Assembly: GCA_039091335.1 (NCBI GenBank)
Contig: JAWCME010000008.1
Span: 1 to 15,765 of the forward strand
Length of the DNA: 15,765 bases
Direction: 5' to 3'
Source: Candidatus Aenigmatarchaeota archaeon
Lineage (GTDB): Archaea > Aenigmatarchaeota > Aenigmatarchaeia > CG10238-14 > SCSR01
A program made the position numbers and the translations under genes. Below the pieces are notes generated by a model. The model was not told where the DNA came from. It ran no database searches and worked only from the letters and a program-made list of their open reading frames with translations. Shown here in pieces: positions 1 through 7,700 of the stretch; within the stretch, counting starts at the first letter, position 1, and each line of letters begins with the position of its first letter.

Positions 1-427
1 ACCAGACAAATATACAAAAACAGGGTCTTTGGCATCTGTTTTAAGCAAACCAATTTCTAAGTGTGCTATTTGATGACAAACAGGAATTAAAGGTTTATTA
101 AATTCTTTCGAAATTTTTTTAGCAAAATTTGCACCAACCAATAAACAAGGTGGTAAACCAGCACCAGCAGCATAAGCTACAATATCAATATCCTCCATTT
201 TCAAACCAACTGCCTTTAATGTGTGATTAAAGATAAACCCTATGTTTTTTTGATGAAAATCAGCTGCTTCATGTGGAATTATTCCTTTACCAAGAGATGG
301 TTTATAAACAGATTTTTCATCAGCCAACACATTTCCTTTTTCGTCAACAATCCCGATACCAAAAGTATTTCTGCAATTATCTTTGAGCAGTACTTTCGAT
401 ACCCAGACAAATTAATTTTTCACCCAT
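1..427 (-). CDS. kae1: Kae1/TsaD tRNA N6-threonylcarbamoyladenosine (t6A37) synthase, 3'-partial, split by a 16-nt intron; join(complement(385..427),complement(<1..368))
   Basis: Manual translation; not in the ORF track. Exon 1 from ATG 427: MGEKLICLGIESTA plus one C. After removing 369-384: HTFGIGIVDEKGNVLADEKSVYKPSLGKGIIPHEAADFHQKNIG...DIDIVAYAAGAGLPPCLLVGANFAK...KPLIPVCHQIAHLEIG...KDPVFVYLSG, open to position 1. Contains the Kae1 GIESTAH motif, the HxxxH metal motif and the start of the SGG motif. Confidence 0.95.
369..384 (-). other. Putative 16-nt bulge-helix-bulge (tRNA-type) intron in kae1 mRNA, AAAGAUAAUUGCAGAA
   Basis: Sense RNA folds as GGUAUCGAAAGUA-CUGC-[UC^A]-AA-GAUAA-UU-GCAG-[AA^A]-UACUUUUGGUAUC: a 13-bp exon-exon stem, two 3-nt bulges and a 4-bp central helix. 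Removal restores GCU CAU ACU UUU (A-H-T-F). Confidence 0.88.
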
Positions 428-469
428 AAATCTAAATTCTATAAATTTAAATAAACCTTTAGATGGTTT
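428..469. promoter_or_regulatory. Compact divergent promoter region for kae1 and hel308, probably leaderless transcripts
   Basis: 42-nt AT-rich gap between divergent ATGs. TATAAATTTAAATAAA (440-455) gives TATA-like boxes about 20-30 nt upstream of both starts. No clear SD. Confidence 0.5.
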
Positions 470-2659
470 ATGAAAGTCGAAGATCTTTCAAAATATGGTA
501 TACCTGAACATTTTATAAAAAAGTTCAGGGAGGATGGAATTTTAGAGCTTTACCCACCTCAAGAAGAAGTTGTTAGAAAAAAACTTTTTCAAGATAAAAA
601 CTTGGTGATATCACTTCCCACAGCCGGAGGCAAGACATTTATCGCGACCTTAGCCATGATAAACAAACTTTCTTCTTCAAAATCAAAGATAATTTACACA
701 GTTCCTTTGGTCGCTCTTGCCAACGAAAAATTTGAATATTTTAAAAAACTTTTTGAGGGAAGTTGGAAAATTGCTATTTCTGTTGGTGATTTGGACTCAA
801 GCGATCCTTGGCTTGCTGATTATGATGTGATAGTTTGTACGAATGAAAAACTTGATTCTTTGATAAGACATGGGGCACAATGGATTAGAGAGATCGGGTT
901 GATTGTTGTTGACGAAATTCATATTTTAAATGATCCTAATAGAGGGCCAACTCTTGAAATTTTGTTGACCCAACTTAGAGAAATCACCCCGAAAGCACAA
1001 ATTCTTGCTCTTTCAGCAACTATAAACAATGCTAAAGATTTAGCAGAATGGTTGAATGCATATTTGCTTGAAAGCGATTTCAGACCAGTAAAACTTTACG
1101 AAGGGGTTTATTATGATTCAAAAATTTTCTTTTACGACAAAAAAGGATATGAACTAAGCGATTTGGAACCAGAAGCAGCAATTGCTGAAAATGTTTTGCA
1201 ACTCAAAAAACAAGTTTTGTTTTTTGTTGCAACTAGAAGAACAGCAGAAAGCCTGGCAGAAAGTTTGGCTAAAACAACAAGGCTTTATTTGAAAAGAGAA
1301 GAAGAAAAAGAGCTTCAAAGTCTTTCTGAAGAGATTTTAAATATTTTAGAAATACCAACACAACAATGTAAGAAACTTGCAGCTTGTATTAAAAGTGGAG
1401 TAGCTTTTCATCATGCAGGTTTGTTGGGAAAACAGAAAAGGCTCATAGAAGAGAAATTTAGAGAAAGGTTAATCAAGATTATAGTGGCAACCCCCACCTT
1501 GGCCTTTGGTGTCAACCTTCCCGCTTTTAGAGTCATCATAAGGGACGCGAAAAGATATTATCCTGGTCTCGGAGCAGTGTATATTCCAGTTCTTGAGTAC
1601 AAACAATTTGTTGGGAGGGCAGGAAGACCAACTTACGATGATTTTGGTGAGTCCGTTTTGATAGCGAAAACAGAAGAAGATGCTCAAGATTTAGCAGATC
1701 ACTTCATCATGGGTCAGCCTGAAGATATTCAATCCAAACTTGCTCTGGAGCCAATTTTGAGAATGCATATCTTAGCTTTAATTGCGAGCGAATTTTGTAA
1801 ATCTGAAGAATCTTTAAAAAAATTCTTCTCAAAAACTTTTTATGCTTATCAATTTGGTGACACCTCTCTTTTGGAAGAAAAAATTAACAATATCTTAGAG
1901 CAACTCACAATCTGGAAATTCATCGTTTCTAAGAAAGGAAAAATCTCAGCAACAAGAGTGGGTAAGAGGGTTTCAGAACTTTACATAGATCCTTTAACTG
2001 CTCATCAATTCATAGAAGCTTTATCTAAAGCAGTTAAAAATAGGCTCTATCCTTTTGGTTTGTTACAACTAATTTCAAACACAATTGAGATGAGACCTTT
2101 GCTTTCTGTGAGAACAGGAGAATTTTCTGAGCTTGAGGATATTTTGGTAAAAAGGGAAAGTGAACTTTTACAAGAAATTCCAGATGAATCTGAAATCGAG
2201 TTTGATGATTTTTTAAGAAGTTTAAAAACAGCTTTGATGTTCGAGGCTTGGATAGAAGAAGCAACCGAAGACCAAATTTTAATGAGATTTAAGGTCGCCC
2301 CAGGAGAATTTTATAGTAGAAGAGAAATTGCCGATTGGCTTATTTATTCTTTACAAGAGATCGCCTTGTTGTTAGGATATAAAGAGTTTTTGAGATACAT
2401 AAGAAAGCTTAGAGTCAGACTCGAATATGGGGTAAAGGAAGAGTTGATTCCTTTAGTTAGGCTTAGACAAATTGGTAGGATTAGGGCAAGAAAACTTTTC
2501 AATTCTAGAATAAGAAATCTTGCTGATTTAAAGAAAGTTTCAATTGAAAAACTTTCTTCAATTGTTGGTGTAAAGATTGCAAAATCAATTAAAGAGCAAC
2601 TGGAAAAAAAGGAAGAAAATAAAAAGATTGAGAGACAAGTTACCTTGAAAAGATACTGA
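470..2659 (+). CDS. hel308: Ski2-like SF2 DNA helicase Hel308/Hjm
   Basis: 729 aa. Q motif ELYPPQ, Walker A PTAGGKT, DEIH, SAT, FHHAGL, TPTLAFGVNLPA, QFVGRAGRP and a C-terminal HhH region (IGRIRARKLF). Confidence 0.93.
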   Translation: MKVEDLSKYGIPEHFIKKFREDGILELYPPQEEVVRKKLFQDKNLVISLPTAGGKTFIATLAMINKLSSSKSKIIYTVPLVALANEKFEYFKKLFEGSWKIAISVGDLDSSDPWLADYDVIVCTNEKLDSLIRHGAQWIREIGLIVVDEIHILNDPNRGPTLEILLTQLREITPKAQILALSATINNAKDLAEWLNAYLLESDFRPVKLYEGVYYDSKIFFYDKKGYELSDLEPEAAIAENVLQLKKQVLFFVATRRTAESLAESLAKTTRLYLKREEEKELQSLSEEILNILEIPTQQCKKLAACIKSGVAFHHAGLLGKQKRLIEEKFRERLIKIIVATPTLAFGVNLPAFRVIIRDAKRYYPGLGAVYIPVLEYKQFVGRAGRPTYDDFGESVLIAKTEEDAQDLADHFIMGQPEDIQSKLALEPILRMHILALIASEFCKSEESLKKFFSKTFYAYQFGDTSLLEEKINNILEQLTIWKFIVSKKGKISATRVGKRVSELYIDPLTAHQFIEALSKAVKNRLYPFGLLQLISNTIEMRPLLSVRTGEFSELEDILVKRESELLQEIPDESEIEFDDFLRSLKTALMFEAWIEEATEDQILMRFKVAPGEFYSRREIADWLIYSLQEIALLLGYKEFLRYIRKLRVRLEYGVKEELIPLVRLRQIGRIRARKLFNSRIRNLADLKKVSIEKLSSIVGVKIAKSIKEQLEKKEENKKIERQVTLKRY

Positions 2660-2660
2660 G

Positions 2661-2746
2661 TGGGGTTGCTGGGATTTGAACCCAGATTGCCAGCGTTCTC
2701 TTGAATACCCGAGGCTGGTGTCCTAACCAAGTTAGACGACAACCCC
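2661..2746 (-). tRNA. tRNA-Pro(CGG) with 12-nt intron at 37/38 (2696-2707); CCA not encoded
   Basis: Acceptor stem GGGGTTG/CAACCCC plus discriminator A. D arm GTCTAACTTGGTTAGGAC. Anticodon stem CCAGC/GCTGG with loop CT-CGG-G-[TATTCAAGAGAA]-C. T arm CTGGG-TTCAAAT-CCCAG. 74 nt after splicing; anticodon at 2711-2709. Confidence 0.93.
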
Positions 2747-2762
2747 CCTAATAAGAATTAGT

Positions 2763-3356
2763 TCACTGTTTTATTTCTAAACTTATTTTGACTCTTGTTT
2801 GAGAATTTTTCAATTTTTCAATCAAGCTTTGCTTAAGCTCGCTAGCAGATTTATCCGAAAGAATGGCAATAGTCTTACCATCAATAAGAGAACCCTTCCT
2901 TATGACAATTTCTTCCTTGCTTGCAAGCCTAAGAGCAGGCGAGCCATAAGCAACAAAAACTTCTTCTTCCCCCTCCGCTTCAATTTTCACCTCAACCCTT
3001 CTCGCACTTTTGATTGCAGCCTTAAAATCTTCACTCAAATCCTTACAAGCTTTATCTACATTAACAGCAATTGTAGCATCATCAACATCTAACCCCTTTG
3101 TTATCCTTATTGCAGAATTACTAGAAGCTTTAATTTCAGAGTGCCCGTAGCCAAAAATTTCTTCTTTCACGGGTTTCAATTCCATCAAAAGCTTCCACCC
3201 ACTTTCTGTTGGAATATAAGCCCCACCGGCAGTATAGTGAATCATGCCCCTACTTTCCAAAATTTCAAGAACATTCCTAAGCATGTCAGGAGTTATAGAT
3301 GGCGATGGCTCTGGAGCAATTTCGGGTGGCTGCTGCATTTTCCTTATTTCCTTCAT
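2763..3356 (-). CDS. DUF371-domain protein with N-terminal winged-helix-like segment
   Basis: C-terminal ~135 aa resemble DUF371 (GYGHSEIKA...ITK...VNVDKACKDL...YGSPAL...IVIRKGSLIDGKTIAILSDKSA). N-terminus LRNVLEILESRGMI...YIPTESGWKLL resembles a wHTH recognition helix and wing. ATGA overlap with trmI. Confidence 0.7.
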   Translation of the reverse strand: MKEIRKMQQPPEIAPEPSPSITPDMLRNVLEILESRGMIHYTAGGAYIPTESGWKLLMELKPVKEEIFGYGHSEIKASSNSAIRITKGLDVDDATIAVNVDKACKDLSEDFKAAIKSARRVEVKIEAEGEEEVFVAYGSPALRLASKEEIVIRKGSLIDGKTIAILSDKSASELKQSLIEKLKNSQTRVKISLEIKQ

Positions 3357-4102
3357 TTTATCTTCCTTGCAAAAGTTATGAAGCCAGTGTGCATTATTCC
3401 CATCGTTTTAGGTCTTGTTGTTCTTTCAGTTTTCCATTCTCTTACTATATTTTCAACTGTTTTAATATAAGAAAACCTTAACTTTCTTATTTCTTTGCTT
3501 ACTTTAATAACTTCTTCTATTGTTGGTGAATAAACAACCAACCAACCACCTACTTTTAAAGCCCTATAAGCGTGCTTTACGACCCTTTCAGGATTTTGAA
3601 TATCAACGGTCACAAGGTCAACATTTTTTTCAGAAATTCCTCTGCTCGCATCCTTGTTCTTAATCTTGATGAAATCCGAAAGACCAAAAAGCCTTATGTT
3701 CTTTCCAGCTATTTTTAACATTTTTTTATCTTTTTCGTATCCCACAACTTTGCCAGGTTTTATGTAATTTGCTAAAAAAATAGCTAGAAAGCCCGAGCCA
3801 ATACCAACATCAACTACCAAAGATTTTTGAGCAATTCCAGTATGTGCTAAAATTAAAGCAGCATCTTTCGACATTATTATTTGTGGGCCCCTCTCAGCCT
3901 TTTTTTCTAAAAAATCAATTACGTTTGGTTTAATTATCCTGAATTCTTTTTTGATATGGGTTTTTATTTTATCTCCATAATTTTTCTTTAAGATATCATT
4001 TAAATCAAAGACCCCATCCTTGGTTTGAAGTTTTTCGTTTCTAACCTCTACCAAGTAAGAGGATTCTTCTGATAACAATAATACCAATTCTCCCTGTTTC
4101 AA
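3353..4102 (-). CDS. trmI: tRNA (adenine-57/58-N1)-methyltransferase TrmI
   Basis: 249 aa. RGPQIIMSKD, SAM motif VDVGIGSG, VYSPTIEEV, TRP...HTGFITFARK. TTG start with GGTGG SD. Confidence 0.92.
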   Translation of the reverse strand: MKQGELVLLLSEESSYLVEVRNEKLQTKDGVFDLNDILKKNYGDKIKTHIKKEFRIIKPNVIDFLEKKAERGPQIIMSKDAALILAHTGIAQKSLVVDVGIGSGFLAIFLANYIKPGKVVGYEKDKKMLKIAGKNIRLFGLSDFIKIKNKDASRGISEKNVDLVTVDIQNPERVVKHAYRALKVGGWLVVYSPTIEEVIKVSKEIRKLRFSYIKTVENIVREWKTERTTRPKTMGIMHTGFITFARKIK

Positions 4103-4130
4103 AAAACCACCAATTAATTAATTGTTAAAT

Positions 4131-5087
4131 TTAAGATTTAGTCAAAACTTTGTCCAACTCTTTAAGTGCTAAAATCCTTTTAAAAGTCAAAGGATGTGTT
4201 CTGAATATTTCTAAAAATCTCATCAAAGGATTTTTTCTTTCCCATTCCATTGCTTTTTCCAATTCTTTTTCATCCAAGCTTAAATCCGAATATTCGGAAG
4301 AAAAATTTTCCACTTCAGTTATAGCTGAGACAGGGTCTACTATGTAAAAAGACCTAACTGTAGAATTCTCGACTCTCTCTGAAGATACGCTCAAGCCATA
4401 GGCTATTTTTGCTAGTGCACTTGCCAATAAACTAGGTTTTGTGTTTAGTCCGGAGAACCTATCAGCATAATATTCTCTAAGTCTTGAGAGGGCAAGCACA
4501 AGTAAATTTGAAATTAGGTAGACTATATAGGCTATAAAACCAATTAATAAAGCACTTCCAACATCTTTTTTTCTATCTCTTGGGGCGAAAATCAAAAATC
4601 TTGCAACAAAATAAGCTATTATTGGTATGACAGAAACAACCGTCATAACAATCATATCTTTATGTTTGATGTGACCAATTTCATGTGCTATGACAGCTTT
4701 CACTTCTTCTTGAGTTAGATTTTTCAGTAGACCTTGAGTAACGACAAGAACAGCAGAGCCAGGGGTTCTACCAAAAACAAAGGCATTTGGTGCCCCAACT
4801 CTTGCTAAAGCAAGTTTTGGCACCGGTACTTTATTCTTATTACAAAGGTCTCTCACACTTGCCCAGAGCCAAGGATATTCATCATCTTCAAGTGGTCTCA
4901 TGTTTGTGGTCCACCAAATTATTTTAGGCCCAATCAACCATTGAAGGAAAACAAGAAAAACAGCCATAACAACTATGATGTAGCCAGAAACATCAAAAAA
5001 ATACCCTATAGCTGCTAACAAACCAAATAAAAAACCAAATAGCAAAAATAAGGTCAAGTTTATTGTTAACCAAAGTTTTATCGCCAC
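4131..5087 (-). CDS. htpX: Membrane zinc metalloprotease HtpX (M48)
   Basis: 318 aa. N-terminal TM helices, PNAFVFG, AHEIGH (HExxH), SRLREYYAD, THPLTFKRI. GTG start. Confidence 0.93.
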   Translation of the reverse strand: MAIKLWLTINLTLFLLFGFLFGLLAAIGYFFDVSGYIIVVMAVFLVFLQWLIGPKIIWWTTNMRPLEDDEYPWLWASVRDLCNKNKVPVPKLALARVGAPNAFVFGRTPGSAVLVVTQGLLKNLTQEEVKAVIAHEIGHIKHKDMIVMTVVSVIPIIAYFVARFLIFAPRDRKKDVGSALLIGFIAYIVYLISNLLVLALSRLREYYADRFSGLNTKPSLLASALAKIAYGLSVSSERVENSTVRSFYIVDPVSAITEVENFSSEYSDLSLDEKELEKAMEWERKNPLMRFLEIFRTHPLTFKRILALKELDKVLTKS

Positions 5088-5088
5088 T

Positions 5089-5316
5089 CTACCACCTTTT
5101 AATTAGAATTAAAATTATCATCGAGACTATAAAAATTGTTATACTTAATATAAAAGCTTTTTTACTGTTCCAAGCCCCAAAAGGTATCGGACCAATTAAA
5201 CCAAAGACCCCCCAATCAACCCTTGTTTCCTTTAAGCCTAAAATTGCTCCCAAAAAAACTATCAACATTCCAACAAAAATTAACAAAATTCCGATGAAGA
5301 CCAATTGCTCTTGCAT
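5089..5316 (-). CDS. Small membrane protein, DUF131-like
   Basis: 75 aa with two hydrophobic segments flanking GVFGLIGPIPFG. Confidence 0.75.
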   Translation of the reverse strand: MQEQLVFIGILLIFVGMLIVFLGAILGLKETRVDWGVFGLIGPIPFGAWNSKKAFILSITIFIVSMIILILIKRW

Positions 5317-5351
5317 CTATCTATTTAATCTTCATTGATAAATAAAAAACT

Positions 5352-6371
5352 ATGCATGCTTATATTGTAACAACCTTCATAGGGGTTTTTGGTGTTAGTG
5401 AAGAAAACAAAATAATTTGTTTTGAGCCATTCCCAAAAAACCCAGAAAAAATAGCAGAAAGATTAAAAGTTTCTGAAATTGAAATCATAAATGAAGAGAA
5501 GAAAGTCCAGGAAGAATTGAAAAAGAAGGGATTTGAGAAAATATTTTTTTCAGTTAGAAAGGAGAATGTTGAAGAATATCAACAAGAAAACAAAGCAGAA
5601 CAGTTTATTAGAGAAAACTTACGTGATTTGGCTTTAAGTTACAAGCTTGTTAAAGATCAAGTTGAATTCAACCAATTATTGACCAAGGTTAGTCTGGAGC
5701 TCACCAAAACCAAGATAAAAAAATCGATAGAAAAGGACAATTTTGCTATCCAAATTGTAAAGATAATTGAAGATATAGATAAGATGACAAACATCTTAAG
5801 CGAAAGATTGAGAGAATTTTATAGTTTACATTTTCCAGAAATGGACAGGTTAATCCAAGACCATAGAAAATATGCTAAGATAGTTGAAAAATACGGCTTG
5901 AGGGAAAAAATAGAAGATTATGAAATCAAGCCAATTGCACAAAAAAGTATGGGTGTTGATTTGGACGGGGAGCAAATCAAAACAATCCAATCAATTGCAA
6001 GTGAGATTTTAAATTTTTATAAACTCAGAGACAACCTATCAGAGCAATTGGAAAAAATTTTAAAAGAAATAGCACCAAATTTCACGATGTTGGCGGGCTC
6101 TTTAATCTCTGCCAAACTTATAGCTAAGGCAGGTAGTCTTGAAAAATTGGCCAAAATGCCTTCAAGCGCAATTCAATTGATGGGTGCAGAGAAAAGTCTT
6201 TTTAGATTTTTACATGGTAAGGGCAAGTCTCCAAGGTTTGGTATAATTTATAATCATCCATTGGTGTTGAATGCACCGGAAAAATTTAAAGNNNNNNNNN
6301 NATATAGGGGGGATAAATTGAAAAAAGAATTAGAAGACAAGGTTAAAAAAATACTATCTTCTAAACCTTAA
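5352..6371 (+). CDS. nop5: Box C/D sRNP protein Nop5 (Nop56/58), interrupted by an assembly gap at 6292-6301
   Basis: ERLREFYSLHFPE, SMG, IAPNFT, AGSLEKLAKMPSSAIQLMGAEKSLFR, SPRFGIIYNHP. The Nop-domain segment expected after this motif falls in the N-gap, so the gap is probably longer than 10 nt. Confidence 0.92.
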   Translation: MHAYIVTTFIGVFGVSEENKIICFEPFPKNPEKIAERLKVSEIEIINEEKKVQEELKKKGFEKIFFSVRKENVEEYQQENKAEQFIRENLRDLALSYKLVKDQVEFNQLLTKVSLELTKTKIKKSIEKDNFAIQIVKIIEDIDKMTNILSERLREFYSLHFPEMDRLIQDHRKYAKIVEKYGLREKIEDYEIKPIAQKSMGVDLDGEQIKTIQSIASEILNFYKLRDNLSEQLEKILKEIAPNFTMLAGSLISAKLIAKAGSLEKLAKMPSSAIQLMGAEKSLFRFLHGKGKSPRFGIIYNHPLVLNAPEKFKXXXXYRGDKLKKELEDKVKKILSSKP

Positions 6372-6575
6372 CATCTTTTTCTCAACCAAACAATAAATCA
6401 AGGCCCCAATAGCCCCAAGAGCCAAAGAAATCGCCAGCCAAACCACTTTGTATTTTGTTCCTTTCTTCAATTTTAAAATGTCTATCATAATGGGGATAAA
6501 AACCAGTAAACTTACTATTCCATAGATTTGTAATATTATAAACCCCAAGTTGATTATATATTCAAAGTTGCTCAT
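6354..6575 (-). CDS. Small two-TM membrane protein (PLDc N-terminal-like)
   Basis: 73 aa with the pattern DIL...KVVWLAISLALGAIGALIYCLV. Fills the nop5-fibrillarin gap and overlaps the nop5 3' end by 18 nt. Confidence 0.65.
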   Translation of the reverse strand: MSNFEYIINLGFIILQIYGIVSLLVFIPIMIDILKLKKGTKYKVVWLAISLALGAIGALIYCLVEKKMLRFRR

Positions 6576-6638
6576 AAAAAATTAATTCTATTTAAAAATT
6601 ATAAAACAGTACTTTAATTAAATTCAAAGGCTGATGCG

Positions 6639-7310
6639 ATGAAGGTCAAACAATCTAAATTTGAAGGCATATTTTTCATTAACAATAAAATAGCCACTCT
6701 TAACACAGTTCCTGGTTACAAACCATTTAATGAAGAGGTTGTAAAAATATCTGAAAAAGAGTATAGGATTTGGGATCCCTATACCTCAAAGCCTGCTGCT
6801 GCAATAAAAAACAACATTAAAAACTTTCCAGTAATAAAGGGGATGAAAATACTTTACTTGGGAATTGCATCAGCAAAAACTGCAACATATTTGAGTAACA
6901 TAATCGGTAGTGAGGGCTTGATATATGGTATAGATATATCACAACGTGTATTGAGAGATGCTATCCCTGTTGCAGAAAGATACGGAAATATTGTCTGCAT
7001 TCTCGGAGATTGTCGAAAGCCAGAAACATATGAAAAAATTATAGTAGATAGGGTCGATTGTGTATACTGTGATATAGCCGACCCACAAGAGATAGAAATT
7101 TTTATAAGAAATTGTGAAAGATTTTTGAAGAGAGAGGGTTATGGGATGGTTGCTGTTAAGAGCAGAAGTATAGATGTCACAAAAAATCCTAGAGTAATTT
7201 ACAAAGAAACTACAAAAAAGCTAGAAGAAAATGGTTTTGAAATTATTGATTTTGTTACACTCGACCCATATGAAAAAGATCATGGATTTTTTGTTGTTAG
7301 ATTTAAGTAA
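6639..7310 (+). CDS. flpA: Fibrillarin-like rRNA/tRNA 2'-O-methyltransferase
   Basis: 223 aa. EYRIWDPYTSKPAAAI, ILYLGIAS, DCVYCDIA, VKSRSIDVT, LDPYEKDH. Confidence 0.92.
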   Translation: MKVKQSKFEGIFFINNKIATLNTVPGYKPFNEEVVKISEKEYRIWDPYTSKPAAAIKNNIKNFPVIKGMKILYLGIASAKTATYLSNIIGSEGLIYGIDISQRVLRDAIPVAERYGNIVCILGDCRKPETYEKIIVDRVDCVYCDIADPQEIEIFIRNCERFLKREGYGMVAVKSRSIDVTKNPRVIYKETTKKLEENGFEIIDFVTLDPYEKDHGFFVVRFK

Positions 7311-7674
7311 GGTCTCAGCTTTTTAAAAATTTTTTCTAAAACTTCAAGGTCATTTAAACAATGTTTAATTATTTTTTCTTTTGCTTTTTCATCACCAGCA
7401 ACTGATTTTATGTAAAGCTTAACAACATCCTTCCCACTAANNNNNNNNNNNNNNNNNNNNNNNNNNNGGGTATATCAAATTTTGACCCATACCAAGTTAT
7501 TATCAAATCACAATTTTCTAATTCTTTTTTAAGCCAAACCAAAGCCTCTTTTTCTTCTTTTAAATTTTCAACAAACCTCACTTCTTTTTTATCCTCTTTA
7601 ATTATACCTATCGCAACAATCTGTCCAATATCAGCACTTATGTTTGTACATTCTATATCTAAAAACATCTTCAC
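7280..7674 (-). CDS. RNase H-like (YprB/DnaQ-type) exonuclease-domain protein, spans assembly gap 7441-7467
   Basis: N-part MFLDIECT...IITWYGSKFDIP. After the gap another frame reads SGKDVVKLYIKSVAGDEKAKEKIIKHCLNDLEVLEKIFKKLRPYLNLTTKNP-stop (TGA 7282-7280), supplying the ExoIII-like HxxxD. The track's end at 7408 is a gap artefact. Confidence 0.78.
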
Positions 7675-7700
7675 ACAATCACATAATTAAAATTTCTTTT

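Noticed and set aside
1..427. kae1 as a frameshifted pseudogene or simple sequencing error
   Set aside because: The rest of the frame is intact with its motifs. The insert is not a homopolymer slip or a tandem duplication, and it forms an exact BHB whose standard cut sites restore the His codon. Read-level confirmation is still needed.
223..429. 68-aa + strand ORF in the track
   Set aside because: Antisense shadow of kae1 with no recognisable motifs.
2344..2742. 132-aa - strand ORF
   Set aside because: Runs through the tRNA and antisense to hel308; shadow ORF.
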